NCBI GenBank assembly: GCA_021817785.1
Contig: JAKAFY010000006.1
Location: 2,067-66,066, forward strand
From: a bacterium
Lineage (GTDB): Bacteria > Patescibacteriota > Microgenomatia > UBA10105 > UBA927
Length of the DNA: 64,000 nt
Reading direction: 5' to 3'
The notes beneath the pieces are model-generated. The model was not told where the DNA came from. It did not search any database and saw only the letters and a list, made by a program, of their open reading frames with translations. Position numbers and translations under genes: made by a program. Position 1 is the first letter of the stretch, and each line of letters starts with the position of its first letter. Positions 37,638-48,407 of this stretch are shown here, piece after piece.

Positions 37638-38728
37638 TCGGACAACAACAATTTCATAGATCCAAAAAATGTTTCTTCTTCAGAACGAAACTTATCTTTG
37701 GTCAAATAGGTACGCTGATACTGTATAAAGTCGATATATAGATACCATGGATTAACAATCGGTTTCCTGAAAATAACGTCATGAACATACGTCAATAAAC
37801 TTCGGAATAGATATCTATATTCATAATGCTTTTCTTCACTATCGGGGGTGAAATGCACAAAAACGGGTTGGCCAGACATTTCTGGATGCAATAACCGATA
37901 TGAAGAGGGCAAGACGTTGATTACACAATTATTCATTGTCATCCAATACAACGTCTGCTCTAATAACTTGAGGGAATAATAATATTCCGGCCTTCGGTAA
38001 TAATCACGCGTCATTCGATCCTTCAGCATTTCAATGATAGCGTCTAAATATGTATTCACCAGACGTAACGGATTATTTTTTTTATATGATACGTTATAAA
38101 TGCATAAAAAACCGGAGTTAAATCTCTGATGGGTAAGACGCTTGTTCATAATGTGCTCCGCTTCAACCGTAGAAACTGCGGTAAAGTTATAATAGTCATC
38201 CAGATAGAGGCACGTTTCTTGTTTTTTATGTATCCAGTCATGAATCTCCTGCGGATAGGAAAAAAATAGTGTGTCGCAATCCACTACAATGTACCGATCG
38301 TATTTTTCTGCAGTAAACCGGGGAACAAAAAATTTTCGTCCAACCCAGCCGGTCTTCCACATATCTTTAAGGCGTGTATATTGTCGCAGTTGAGGAGGAG
38401 CCTTATGAACATCAGGATGAATATAGGTAACCGGTACCACGCGCTGTAACAAGTGCAGACACCATTTTTGCAGCCATGTCATTGCACCATCATCAATCAC
38501 AAAAAATTGAAGTTCGGAAATGTGGCGGGACAAACTCAATATCGAAAGTATTGCTAAAAATCCGCTGTATTTACCTGCTGCAATAAACACGGGAACCTCT
38601 GTTGACACCGTGGAAATATGCCGCGGGGCGCGTCCATACAACAGCGCGGTACATACAATAGCAGCGTTTACAACGCTTCCAATAATCCAATAATATATAT
38701 CCCGCGCTAATCGATATGTCCCATTCAT
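37634..38728 (-). CDS. Glycosyltransferase, GT-A (GT8-like)
   Basis: FVIDDG, VVDCDTLF (DxD), FNSGF, EQT and VHF. Confidence 0.7.
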   Translation of the reverse strand: MNGTYRLARDIYYWIIGSVVNAAIVCTALLYGRAPRHISTVSTEVPVFIAAGKYSGFLAILSILSLSRHISELQFFVIDDGAMTWLQKWCLHLLQRVVPVTYIHPDVHKAPPQLRQYTRLKDMWKTGWVGRKFFVPRFTAEKYDRYIVVDCDTLFFSYPQEIHDWIHKKQETCLYLDDYYNFTAVSTVEAEHIMNKRLTHQRFNSGFLCIYNVSYKKNNPLRLVNTYLDAIIEMLKDRMTRDYYRRPEYYYSLKLLEQTLYWMTMNNCVINVLPSSYRLLHPEMSGQPVFVHFTPDSEEKHYEYRYLFRSLLTYVHDVIFRKPIVNPWYLYIDFIQYQRTYLTKDKFRSEEETFFGSMKLLLSD

Positions 38729-40101
38729 ACCTTCGACGCAATCTTCCTGGTTAATTGTGCCATGACTGTATCCCTCCCGCCGTCGTACAGCGTCGTATTT
38801 TCCAATGCTTTCTCCCCATATGTATGTTTAAGCTGTTCGTACATCACCGTCCCCGGAAACGGAGCACACTGGGAAACCTGCACCTGTCTGTAAATATTTC
38901 CGTTTTCGGAAAACCCCATATCCGCCAATATCTTCATGTCCTTTTCGTGCATGCTGCGGGATTGCCCGGGCAGATCCATCATGGTGAATAAGCGAAGCAT
39001 AACATCCGGATATTTTTTTGATAATCTTCGAATCGTTTTTTTGAAATCACTTCGTTCCAACCCTTTCCCGACTCGTTTCAACACATCCGTATCAAACGTT
39101 TCTACGCCAAATCGCATTCCGACACACCCGGAATCAACCATCTTGTCAAAAAGCCAATCCGGGGACGTATCTAAACGACCCATCATCGTCCAGGGTAATC
39201 CGATATTTTTTAGTTCGTCGCAGAGCGCACTGATGCGATCCACCCCGATATTAAAGGTATCGTCATCAAAAAAAAGACTTTTATACCCGTATCTTTCGGT
39301 TACTTCCCGGATTTCTCTGGCTATAGCATGGGGCGAGCGAAGTGCGACGTTACGCATAAACATCGTCTGCGGCCATAAACAAAATGTGCACCGGAATGGA
39401 CATCCTTTACTTCCATACAGCTGCAATTGCGGTTTTGGAGTAGGCATCGTATGGTCAAAATATTGTGTCGCTTCCGGATAATCCCGATAGGGATAGGGGA
39501 TTGAATCTAAATTTTCCACAACCTGAGACTCGTATATGCCCGGCGTTCGTTTCTGTGCCATCCGTAATGCACTCTGAATATATTCGCCTTTGAGCAGATA
39601 TGTTACGAACGGATACTGTTTCCCCGCCATCTCTGCGTGATAGGTCAGATGTGAACCCGCCAGTGCAACTTCAGAAAAAGCTGCGATCTGTTCAGCTAAC
39701 CAAATATCTATATCAAATGTAGGCGTCGAGGTTTCTATAACGACGATATCCGGCGATGCTGCCCGAACATCACGCATGAAGTCGCGATACGAATGCTGCT
39801 CTTGTGCGACCGCGTCAATTAACGAAGCGTTGATATGATGTTTTCTCAAATACGAAACTGCATAGGCCATGATAAAAGGGAAGTGCAGGGGAGCAATCGG
39901 GGTATCTGACGTCCAGGGCCAGCGGGACCCTGCGCGCACTCCATAGCGGGCTTGTGGATCACGACCGACCTCCCACAGCTTATATAATAACCGGTTCGAG
40001 CGAAACCACGGCCGGAACATCAGCCCACGAGTCCGGAACGAATTCTCGGCTGAGGCGTGATCATACCGAACCACCGGTGGATTTACAAATAAAATATTCA
40101 T
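38725..40101 (-). CDS. B12-binding-domain radical SAM protein
   Basis: ILFVNPP N-domain, SKGCPFRCTFC (CxxxCxxC), FDDDTF and FGVET. Confidence 0.88.
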   Translation of the reverse strand: MNILFVNPPVVRYDHASAENSFRTRGLMFRPWFRSNRLLYKLWEVGRDPQARYGVRAGSRWPWTSDTPIAPLHFPFIMAYAVSYLRKHHINASLIDAVAQEQHSYRDFMRDVRAASPDIVVIETSTPTFDIDIWLAEQIAAFSEVALAGSHLTYHAEMAGKQYPFVTYLLKGEYIQSALRMAQKRTPGIYESQVVENLDSIPYPYRDYPEATQYFDHTMPTPKPQLQLYGSKGCPFRCTFCLWPQTMFMRNVALRSPHAIAREIREVTERYGYKSLFFDDDTFNIGVDRISALCDELKNIGLPWTMMGRLDTSPDWLFDKMVDSGCVGMRFGVETFDTDVLKRVGKGLERSDFKKTIRRLSKKYPDVMLRLFTMMDLPGQSRSMHEKDMKILADMGFSENGNIYRQVQVSQCAPFPGTVMYEQLKHTYGEKALENTTLYDGGRDTVMAQLTRKIASKV

Positions 40102-40254
40102 ACCTAACGGCTATTGTACTCGGTTACATGCACTGATTCTTTTTTATCATATCAGCCTACTGCCTGATCGCGAATTGCTCAATCTGCACAGACATCCTAT
40201 ACACAATAGCGTTTTTACCATGTAAGACATAGAATAGAGTGCACTATATTTTGT

Positions 40255-41187
40255 ATGCTATCCCCACGCATTTCCGTCTGCATCAACACCAGAAACAGAA
40301 CCGCTCAATTGAAAAAGTGTCTCGGTTCTATCCATCAATCCGTATTTCATTCATTTGAAATCATTATCATTGACCAATCAGACGCATATCTTTGGAATGA
40401 ACATGCATCTTTGGCGAGGCGATTCGATGCGCTGTATTTTCCTATCCCACCGAAGGGTGTGGGGGTTGCCAAAAATATGGCGATAAAAAAATCGTCAGGA
40501 AAGATAGTCGCTTTTACTGATGATGACTGTATCGTTGATAGCCATTGGCTCGACGAGATATGGCAGACATTTCAAAGGCATCCCAACGTTTCGGCTGTCT
40601 TTGGAAAAACGCTGCCCTATCAATCCTCCCGACACAAATATGAAATCTGTCCGTGTACCTTTACCCACAAACTGCCAGCACGTATTTCTCAACCGGGTGT
40701 TCATTACAAGACCATAGGGTTTGGGAATAACATGGCATTCCGGTCATCTGTTTTCACCTCCATCGGCATGTTTAAACCCTGGCTTGGTCCGGGATCTATC
40801 GGAAAAAATGCAGAGGACGCCGAATTCGCGCTTCGGTTGCTTTTATCCGGTAAACAAATTTTTTATACTCCTACGGCTCGAGTGTTTCACGCTAAATGGC
40901 TTACTGCAAAAGAGATGAGGGTCCAGGAACTGGCATACTCCTGTGGGGAGATGGCGTGTTACGGATATTTTTACTTTTCCGGACACGCGTTCGCAATTCC
41001 TATTATTCGTGCCAACATCCGCTCCAGCGTCGACAGCATAAAAAATGTCCTAAAGCGATTGCTCCTTCTCCGTTGGAATGATGCACTTATTGAAGATTTC
41101 CTCTATACCATTACGAAAATGGCATATCGCTTGTGGGGAGCGTTAATAGGATACTTATATGCGCGCATCGATCCGCTTTTACAGTAA
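40255..41187 (+). CDS. Glycosyltransferase family 2
   Basis: ISVCINTRNR, IIIDQS, FTDDDC, GNNMAFR and AEDAEF. Confidence 0.9.
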   Translation: MLSPRISVCINTRNRTAQLKKCLGSIHQSVFHSFEIIIIDQSDAYLWNEHASLARRFDALYFPIPPKGVGVAKNMAIKKSSGKIVAFTDDDCIVDSHWLDEIWQTFQRHPNVSAVFGKTLPYQSSRHKYEICPCTFTHKLPARISQPGVHYKTIGFGNNMAFRSSVFTSIGMFKPWLGPGSIGKNAEDAEFALRLLLSGKQIFYTPTARVFHAKWLTAKEMRVQELAYSCGEMACYGYFYFSGHAFAIPIIRANIRSSVDSIKNVLKRLLLLRWNDALIEDFLYTITKMAYRLWGALIGYLYARIDPLLQ

Positions 41188-41191
41188 ACGT

Positions 41192-41812
41192 TCAAACGCA
41201 TCGGGACATGCCATATGTCAATTCTCTATAAATCGCGTGTAATAAAAATATAACCGCCCGAGCAAATAACAACAGGTCGCTTCGCATATTTTTGTCTCGG
41301 GCATATGCGACATCACTTTTCATCCATGCAGTGAAATCTTTGTGATAGTCTCCCTGTAATATTGCCGGCGAAATGATTCCCGGCTTCACACATTCGCGTT
41401 TGCGCATCCATGGCTGCAGCCTGCGACATTCGGCAACGGGCAATGGCCTGGGACCGATTAATGACATGTCGCCGCGCAAGACGTTTATAAACTGCGGTAT
41501 CTCATCTAATCCCGTATGGCTTAAAAAGGCGCCAAGATAGGTAAAGCGCGGATCCATCCGGATTTTAAACGTTGGTCCTGAGGACTCGTTTTGGGACAAA
41601 AGGAACCGTTGCTTTTTTTCCGCATCTACCTCCATGGTGCGAAATTTATATAGATCAAACAATCTGCCCATTTTTCCTATCCGGCGCTGGATAAAAAGAA
41701 TAGGCAAGCCGCTGGTGACGAATACCAAAACCGCAATACCTATCTGAAGAGGAAGGGTGATGATAAACAACAATAATATAGCGGCACGGTACAACATATG
41801 CATATGAGACAC
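41192..41812 (-). CDS. Polyprenyl-phosphate sugar-phosphate (priming) transferase
   Basis: YKFRTM, DPRFT, LDEIPQFINVLRGDMSLIGPRP and KPGI. Confidence 0.92.
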   Translation of the reverse strand: MSHMHMLYRAAILLLFIITLPLQIGIAVLVFVTSGLPILFIQRRIGKMGRLFDLYKFRTMEVDAEKKQRFLLSQNESSGPTFKIRMDPRFTYLGAFLSHTGLDEIPQFINVLRGDMSLIGPRPLPVAECRRLQPWMRKRECVKPGIISPAILQGDYHKDFTAWMKSDVAYARDKNMRSDLLLFARAVIFLLHAIYRELTYGMSRCV

Positions 41813-41958
41813 TGCTTATAGTAAGCTGATTTTAAAAAGTGCTCAAGTAGAAAACGGCTTTTATGTCAGCAACGCGCTTGTCTTTGCTAACGTTTATGTC
41901 GTATTTAACATACAATAGATAGATACTAGCGCGCGATGGAGTTCGCGCGATTTGCACC

Positions 41959-44901
41959 GTGTCACTACCCAAAATACCTATGCCAAAAAGTGGACGTCCG
42001 TACACCAATTTACTTCGCACATGGTATGTTGTATTGATTTTCGTAATTTTTTTCCTTTGTCTGATGCGTGTGTTCCATGAATCCTCATTCAACTCCCCCT
42101 GGTGGAAATTTACGACAGACGGAGAGCTTTATACCAGTCCGTCCATATATCAGGGCATGATCTATATCGGAGATAGTAATGGGCATGTCTATGCCATAAA
42201 TCAAAAAACGGGCAAACCAGTATGGACGCGCACTCTAGATCATGCTGTGACTTCTCCGTTTGTATTTGACCATAATATTACATTTTTTACGACAGACGAT
42301 GGCGCCCTGTACGCACTCCGCGCAACAACCGGAGAAGAGTCGTGGAGATTTTCTACCCCACAGGCATACAAATTTGTTGAGTCGCCAACTTTATATGGAA
42401 ATATGATATTGATAAGCGATGCCGGGGGCACATTGTATGCGCTACAGAAAACGTCCGGCAAGGTGATGTGGCAATTTCACTCCCGCCGTCCTCTTCAGGC
42501 GTCATTTATACAGCCTGATAAAACGCTGCGGTGGCGATTTTCATTTTCAAAATATGACGCCAATATTTTTTTTGCAGGCATGGATGGATATATATATGCC
42601 CTACAACTCAATACGGGACGGATTGTCTGGGAATTTAATACGGGCGGGTCAATTACGACCTATCCAGAAATCTCACAAGGGAAGGTATATATCGGGAATC
42701 AAATGGGGGACAGTTATGCGCTGGATCAGCAACATGGGCACGTAGTCTGGCACAGCAAAATACATAGTGCCGTGACGTGTCTGGTGCCGGGAGCGGGGAC
42801 ATATTCAGACGTATACCCAACACCATTCTCATTCATTGCGCACATTCTTGTTCCACAACGGAATATCGTTATACGGACAAGTTCTGACGGAGTGGTCACC
42901 GCACTTAATAGCAAGGGGAACAATCTCTGGACACAACAAATGAAGGTGGGGATTATACAGTGCCCAACAATCTGGAAATCATCAGTATTTGTCGCAGACA
43001 AGGAGACGCTCCGATCGTTGACCATAAACAACGGGCACACACAGTGGTCCGTCTCAACAAAAAATACATTTTTGTTTCCTCCATATATATTCACTCCGGC
43101 GTTTTATATAGATACACAAAAGAGCGTTGTAATGTTTAACACTCCGTTATTATTTGTCGCTGACTCACGAGGAGTTGTGCGGGCCATAAATGGGGCATCT
43201 GGAATAGAGCTGTGGCAAACACATTGTTCCGGTGCTGTATATCAACCTCCTGTCATCCGCGCAAATCGGTTGTATTATGCCTGTACAGACGGAGGGGTGT
43301 ATGCCGTCAATGCGTTGTCAGGAACATATGCTATTCGTCTATCTGATATTGCTGTCAGTCAATCCATTCAATCGGTAGCACACCGAGATATACAGGAATT
43401 TACTATTTCCCACGATGATCACTGGTACGGCAATCCGTATGAGGACGTTGCCGTACAGGCGGTGTTTCAACAACACGGACGAAACCCGATTACGATCGAT
43501 GGTTTTTATTATGACAAAAATACATGGAAAGTCCGCTTTAATCCGCCGGAAAAGGGTGTGTGGACATGGAAGCTCTTTTTTAAAACTCCGTTCGGCAATA
43601 TCCAACGAAATGGAAGTTTTATCAGTAACACTGATACCCATACTGCATTTCTAAAGATCAGCAAACAAAATCCCAGCCGTATAACCCTGGATAACCAAAC
43701 AATCTTTAATGGGCTCGGTATCGAAGACACAATCAAAGATACAAATGATAACGGGACGCCCCTCGATGACTGGAGTATCGGCACTGGTCATGAAGTTACC
43801 GCCACATCGTCGGAAAAAAAGGCGGTATCTATTCCCAATATACCCATATCACTTGATGCGTATGCGGATACCTATGCATCGAGCGCTGCGGGATTTAATA
43901 TATTCCGATGGAGCGTTAATAATGCATCGTTTAACCTTTGGGACACGTTTACTCCCCACAGTAAATATCTCGTACGCGAAGGGAAAGACGGCGATGCACT
44001 TGTCCAATCGCTTTCAAACCATGGTTTCCATATTTGGCTAACCATGTTTAACTTTGGTATCCCCTTTACAGACTCTCAATTACCCTGGGAAGTCAGCGCG
44101 GTACAACGATATATTCGATATGTCATCGCCCGATACGGCGCCTATACCAGTCTGTGGGAAATCGCCAATGAATCGTATGCAAGTGATGCCTTTGTCACAC
44201 GTCTTGCAAAAGAAATTGCATCCGTCGATTATGAACATCGGCCGATCAGCATGAGTTGGGAACACCCCTCTGTAACTTCCATAAATATCGTAGCGCCTCA
44301 TTGGTACAACACCGATGAACCCCAAAATGCCGATGTGGATATCGCCGGCGTTATCAGTAAATACACGCCGTTCCAAAAACCAGTTTTATTTGGTGAAGTC
44401 GGCAATACAACTCGAAATTGGGATCCAAATTCGGCGCTTATTATGAGAGTGAGGGGTTGGGTGGCATTTTTTAAAAGCGCAATTCTTGTCTTCTGGAATC
44501 AATCATCTAGCAAAGATTATTATAATCCGGATTATAAAAATGCCAATATCTATATTGGTTCGGAAGAGAGAGATTACATGAAGCAGTTAACAGATTTCAC
44601 CAGCGGAATCTCATTGTCCGCCAAAGAGGTACCTTTGACGACAAATTCCTCAGCGGTCCGTGCATACGGATTACAATCTGACAGAGAACTTATCGGATAT
44701 TTCTATCATTATCTCAATCCGTTTTCCCGCGTATCGGTATCCGTATCAATTAATTTGCCGCAACCGGCCGCGCTGACATGGATCGATCCTACAGACGGTA
44801 AAATATTATCAGAACAGCAATGTATGCGGGGATCACAGATCGTTACATCTCCATACTTTTTCGCGGATGTCGCTCTTCGGGCGCGATATATACGCAACTA
44901 A
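41959..44901 (+). CDS. Membrane-anchored PQQ-type beta-propeller protein fused to a DUF5060-like Ig domain and a clan GH-A-like glycoside hydrolase barrel
   Basis: Repeated YAL..tG...W units, NPYEDV..GFYY..WKVRFNPPEKGVW, YVIARYGAY..WEIANE and PVLFGE. Confidence 0.75.
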   Translation: MSLPKIPMPKSGRPYTNLLRTWYVVLIFVIFFLCLMRVFHESSFNSPWWKFTTDGELYTSPSIYQGMIYIGDSNGHVYAINQKTGKPVWTRTLDHAVTSPFVFDHNITFFTTDDGALYALRATTGEESWRFSTPQAYKFVESPTLYGNMILISDAGGTLYALQKTSGKVMWQFHSRRPLQASFIQPDKTLRWRFSFSKYDANIFFAGMDGYIYALQLNTGRIVWEFNTGGSITTYPEISQGKVYIGNQMGDSYALDQQHGHVVWHSKIHSAVTCLVPGAGTYSDVYPTPFSFIAHILVPQRNIVIRTSSDGVVTALNSKGNNLWTQQMKVGIIQCPTIWKSSVFVADKETLRSLTINNGHTQWSVSTKNTFLFPPYIFTPAFYIDTQKSVVMFNTPLLFVADSRGVVRAINGASGIELWQTHCSGAVYQPPVIRANRLYYACTDGGVYAVNALSGTYAIRLSDIAVSQSIQSVAHRDIQEFTISHDDHWYGNPYEDVAVQAVFQQHGRNPITIDGFYYDKNTWKVRFNPPEKGVWTWKLFFKTPFGNIQRNGSFISNTDTHTAFLKISKQNPSRITLDNQTIFNGLGIEDTIKDTNDNGTPLDDWSIGTGHEVTATSSEKKAVSIPNIPISLDAYADTYASSAAGFNIFRWSVNNASFNLWDTFTPHSKYLVREGKDGDALVQSLSNHGFHIWLTMFNFGIPFTDSQLPWEVSAVQRYIRYVIARYGAYTSLWEIANESYASDAFVTRLAKEIASVDYEHRPISMSWEHPSVTSINIVAPHWYNTDEPQNADVDIAGVISKYTPFQKPVLFGEVGNTTRNWDPNSALIMRVRGWVAFFKSAILVFWNQSSSKDYYNPDYKNANIYIGSEERDYMKQLTDFTSGISLSAKEVPLTTNSSAVRAYGLQSDRELIGYFYHYLNPFSRVSVSVSINLPQPAALTWIDPTDGKILSEQQCMRGSQIVTSPYFFADVALRARYIRN

Positions 44902-44907
44902 GCCAAT

Positions 44908-46074
44908 TTAATCATGTGCCCTTTCATAGCGTTCTATGACATCACTGACGGCGTCGATTTTATTTTTCCAGGAATTTTGCATAGCAATATGCCGCTGTTG
45001 CCTCCTATAGGAGGCGGGGAAGGACGTGTGCAGCCAGGCAGATATATGAGATTCCCAATCCTGAACGGTTTTTCCAATTCGCACATACTTCACAAACTTA
45101 CCGGCTTCGGCAATTGCCGTCGAGACAATGGGCTTTCCGGCATAAAAATATTCCATAAGTTTTGCCGGATAGGACGCGGCGTTTAATTGATAAGAGGTAT
45201 TATATGGAATAATGCAGACGGAAAACGACCGCAACACCGCAAAAAGGTCCCGCTGATTTATTGCATGACCATGACGGACATTCGGCAAAGACAATAATTG
45301 GTGCAAGTTAGTATTCGTGTGAGTTATCACATCTTGTCCGTCAGTGAGTATTGGTCCCCAAAAAACAAAATCCCATTGAGAATTGCGCCGTATCAGATCA
45401 TGTAATAACACAAAATCTAATCGGTAATTTAAACCGCCGATGTACCCTATGACCGGTCGTGCAACGTGATCTCGCCTGAAAACCGGACGGCGGATGGGGA
45501 GAGGGGGTGAGAATCCCAGCGGGACAATCGCTGCATCGGGTCTATCTGCCTTATGCAGGCGATATAATGTGTTGGAGTTCACCGTCATCACGGAAAAATT
45601 CCGCATAATATATTGTTCCTGTTGCCGGATAATTTGTTCATGGTCGGGCAGGAGAGAGGAATAATAGTCTACACAATCATAGACGGACATGTGGGGGAAC
45701 GGATAGTATCGCTCTGTTACTGCTATGCCGGGGTGGAACCCCCAAAGTATTATTTTTCGTCGGTACGGGTTTATCCGTAACATGGTCACAAGTATCAAGT
45801 GATTTAGGAAGCCGTTTATTCTCTTGATAACCGCAAATCTGACAAACGGCAACACGTCAATGGGGGTATAAAAAAATACCCCGTGATACATTGTGAGAAT
45901 GTGCGGTATTTTTTTCTTGCGCCTAATCACATCAGATAATTTGATGCGTTTATATTCACAGTACGCAGTGACGAGATTATGACGGGATAGTTCAAGGGCG
46001 GTCTGCCATTGATAGTCAGTGCTCCAGTTGAAATCGACGACGAAGGGAATGATAATAAAGCGATTTGTTATCAT
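44908..46074 (-). CDS. Glycosyltransferase GT-B (TuaH-like)
   Basis: VYDCVDY, IGYIGGLNYRLDF and YPAKLMEYFYAGKPIVST. Confidence 0.85.
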   Translation of the reverse strand: MITNRFIIIPFVVDFNWSTDYQWQTALELSRHNLVTAYCEYKRIKLSDVIRRKKKIPHILTMYHGVFFYTPIDVLPFVRFAVIKRINGFLNHLILVTMLRINPYRRKIILWGFHPGIAVTERYYPFPHMSVYDCVDYYSSLLPDHEQIIRQQEQYIMRNFSVMTVNSNTLYRLHKADRPDAAIVPLGFSPPLPIRRPVFRRDHVARPVIGYIGGLNYRLDFVLLHDLIRRNSQWDFVFWGPILTDGQDVITHTNTNLHQLLSLPNVRHGHAINQRDLFAVLRSFSVCIIPYNTSYQLNAASYPAKLMEYFYAGKPIVSTAIAEAGKFVKYVRIGKTVQDWESHISAWLHTSFPASYRRQQRHIAMQNSWKNKIDAVSDVIERYERAHD

Positions 46075-46171
46075 GCAATACCTAAGACAGCTTACACAAC
46101 CGCCCTCACGGAGTAAAGCGGGTCACTCTCATGAATCTGCTCTACTGCGGAATACCATTCCTCAATGGCTG

Positions 46172-47569
46172 ATGATGCACGTCTTCCGAAGAAAAGAAAT
46201 GTTGGCAGTCCTCATGTTTTATGTTCTGCATTCCTGGATAAACACCAACCGATATTATCTTATCTTTCTTGGCGTGTATATGTGTGTCTTGTACATACTA
46301 TCCCGGAATATATATAAAACCGTTTGGATAGCACTAGCGTCATCATTCCCATTCCAACAAGCAAAATACTTTACGTCCGTATTTCATTCTTTTTACTATC
46401 CGAATGCCAGAATCGTCCCAGTAACATATTTTATATCGTATTCGGATGCGCTTATATTACTTCTTTTGTATCTGTTTATCCGACGCAGATCGAAATTTTC
46501 ATTATCGGTAGATATCCCTTCACTTTTTCTTATTCCTCTGGTTATTGTCGGTGGTATCGCAACATACATGTCCCAGTATTTTACAATCGCACTTTTTGGA
46601 CTGTATCAAGCAATGAAACTGTGCATAGTATACGTTTTGAGTCGTTTGGTGCTAAAGGAGAAATGGGGAACACGCACAACGCTTGATGTGTTTCTGTTGT
46701 TTGTACTCTACAACGCTATCCTCATCATCTTGCAACGAATAGCCGGCGGACCGCTTGGGCTGCCTGTTGAAACGCTAAACGCTTCATCGTTATACGGAAG
46801 GTATGCATTGGAATTGCGCTCGCTGTATCGACCAGGTGGATTTACGGACGATCCCAACGCGTCTGCAACTATTTTGGGCATGTTTATCCCTTTCCTAACG
46901 ATACTAGGCCTCACCCGCAATGCATTTCATAAAACGCTTGTCTGGATAACGCTCATTTGTGCCACAGTTGCACTGCTTTGCACCGCCAGCCGGTCTGTAT
47001 GGATTGTCACCACGATCCTTGTGGGACTCTCTGTTTATCGCATCTATCATTTGCGTCTGATACGTATCCCGAAATTTCTTCGCATACACGGCTATTGGAT
47101 AGGTATTCTTGTTACACTGTTTGCGGCTCCTCTTATATATCTCCGGATTTCAACCTTGCAACAGGCGTTTTCAGACACGGGAAGCGGAACGTTTCGGCTA
47201 ATCCACCTGAGAATCGCTGTCAATACCATGTTGTCATATCCGTGGGGTACGGGGCTTGGCACAACACCTCTCGAACTTATTAATCGATTCCCACCTGCCT
47301 ACTATATGTTTGATCCGTCAGAATTACACAGTATATTTGCCCAAATTGCTGCAAGTCTCGGTATACCCGGATTGTTGTGTTTTGTATTATTTATATATTC
47401 ACTCCTGAAACGACATATACAGTCATACCAGGAACATAAGACTCGCGTATTGCCCTATGCGATCTTCATGAGTATGATAAGCTACCTGATGACCGCGAAT
47501 TTCTATCCCTGGTTTCTCAATGTTCAAATCAGCGGTTTTTTCTGGATACTCGCGGCATATACAATATGA
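46172..47569 (+). CDS. O-antigen ligase/polymerase family membrane protein
   Basis: RPGGFTDDPN, TASRSVW, GTGLG and HSIFAQ. The start is uncertain; the ORF track begins at 46019, overlapping the divergent gene. Confidence 0.82.
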   Translation: MMHVFRRKEMLAVLMFYVLHSWINTNRYYLIFLGVYMCVLYILSRNIYKTVWIALASSFPFQQAKYFTSVFHSFYYPNARIVPVTYFISYSDALILLLLYLFIRRRSKFSLSVDIPSLFLIPLVIVGGIATYMSQYFTIALFGLYQAMKLCIVYVLSRLVLKEKWGTRTTLDVFLLFVLYNAILIILQRIAGGPLGLPVETLNASSLYGRYALELRSLYRPGGFTDDPNASATILGMFIPFLTILGLTRNAFHKTLVWITLICATVALLCTASRSVWIVTTILVGLSVYRIYHLRLIRIPKFLRIHGYWIGILVTLFAAPLIYLRISTLQQAFSDTGSGTFRLIHLRIAVNTMLSYPWGTGLGTTPLELINRFPPAYYMFDPSELHSIFAQIAASLGIPGLLCFVLFIYSLLKRHIQSYQEHKTRVLPYAIFMSMISYLMTANFYPWFLNVQISGFFWILAAYTI

Positions 47570-48390
47570 ATTCCATGACTAACGTCTTATCAAAAATGCG
47601 CATGATTGATTATATTGTACTGTTTTGTGTGGCATGCGCTATTATCATTTCTCTTTTGCTTTTTACCAGAAAACGGGTAACCATATATATTGATCTTACC
47701 TCGGTTCCGCAAGATTGGACTCCGAGTCCGTTTCCTCCGCAATATAACGAAATCAACGGGCTTCGCGTCGGCGACGCAACGTACGACGGGTTCGGACAAA
47801 AAACGGCGGTAATTACGAATGTGGAAAAAATCGATTGGACCGGTAACAGAAAATCCGTTCTCATTTCCGTTAAACTATCCGTTGTCCTAGACCCTAGAAC
47901 GCATCAGTACACGTATAACGATATCCCGATTTTGATCGGGGGGACGTTTCCGCTTTCTACCAGCAATATCACATTTAATGGACAAATCATAAATATATAC
48001 ACATCACCCGCTTCCCGTTATACGGATTCTCACCCAAAAAATGCAGAGATAACCGTCAACATGCGCAAGGTTGAACCATGGCAAGCGGACGCGCTGACAC
48101 AATTTGTTGAAAAGGACTCAAACGGAAAAATTCTTGCGCGCGCCGTTTCCACCGTTATCACCCCCGCTGAACTCGACGTGGCCACAGACAAAGGGGTAGT
48201 GTATAAAGGGTACAGCACGATATACAAGAATGTAACAATAACACTTGATCTTCATAACGTATTCTGTGCGAATGACACCTGTTATTTTAATGGGCTGATC
48301 CCGTTAAAAGTCGGCGGCACATTTTGGGCAGAATCTGACTCCACCGTGATATCCGACGGAAACATTGTTGCTTTTACACTCAAAAACTGA
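47566..48390 (+). CDS. Membrane-anchored protein with two similar beta domains (DUF4330-like)
   Basis: N-terminal IDY plus TM segment. Internal repeats Y.YNDIPILIGG / YFNGLIPLKVGG. Coupled to the ligase gene. Confidence 0.55.
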   Translation: MNSMTNVLSKMRMIDYIVLFCVACAIIISLLLFTRKRVTIYIDLTSVPQDWTPSPFPPQYNEINGLRVGDATYDGFGQKTAVITNVEKIDWTGNRKSVLISVKLSVVLDPRTHQYTYNDIPILIGGTFPLSTSNITFNGQIINIYTSPASRYTDSHPKNAEITVNMRKVEPWQADALTQFVEKDSNGKILARAVSTVITPAELDVATDKGVVYKGYSTIYKNVTITLDLHNVFCANDTCYFNGLIPLKVGGTFWAESDSTVISDGNIVAFTLKN

Positions 48391-48407
48391 TTTCCTAATT
48401 TATCATC

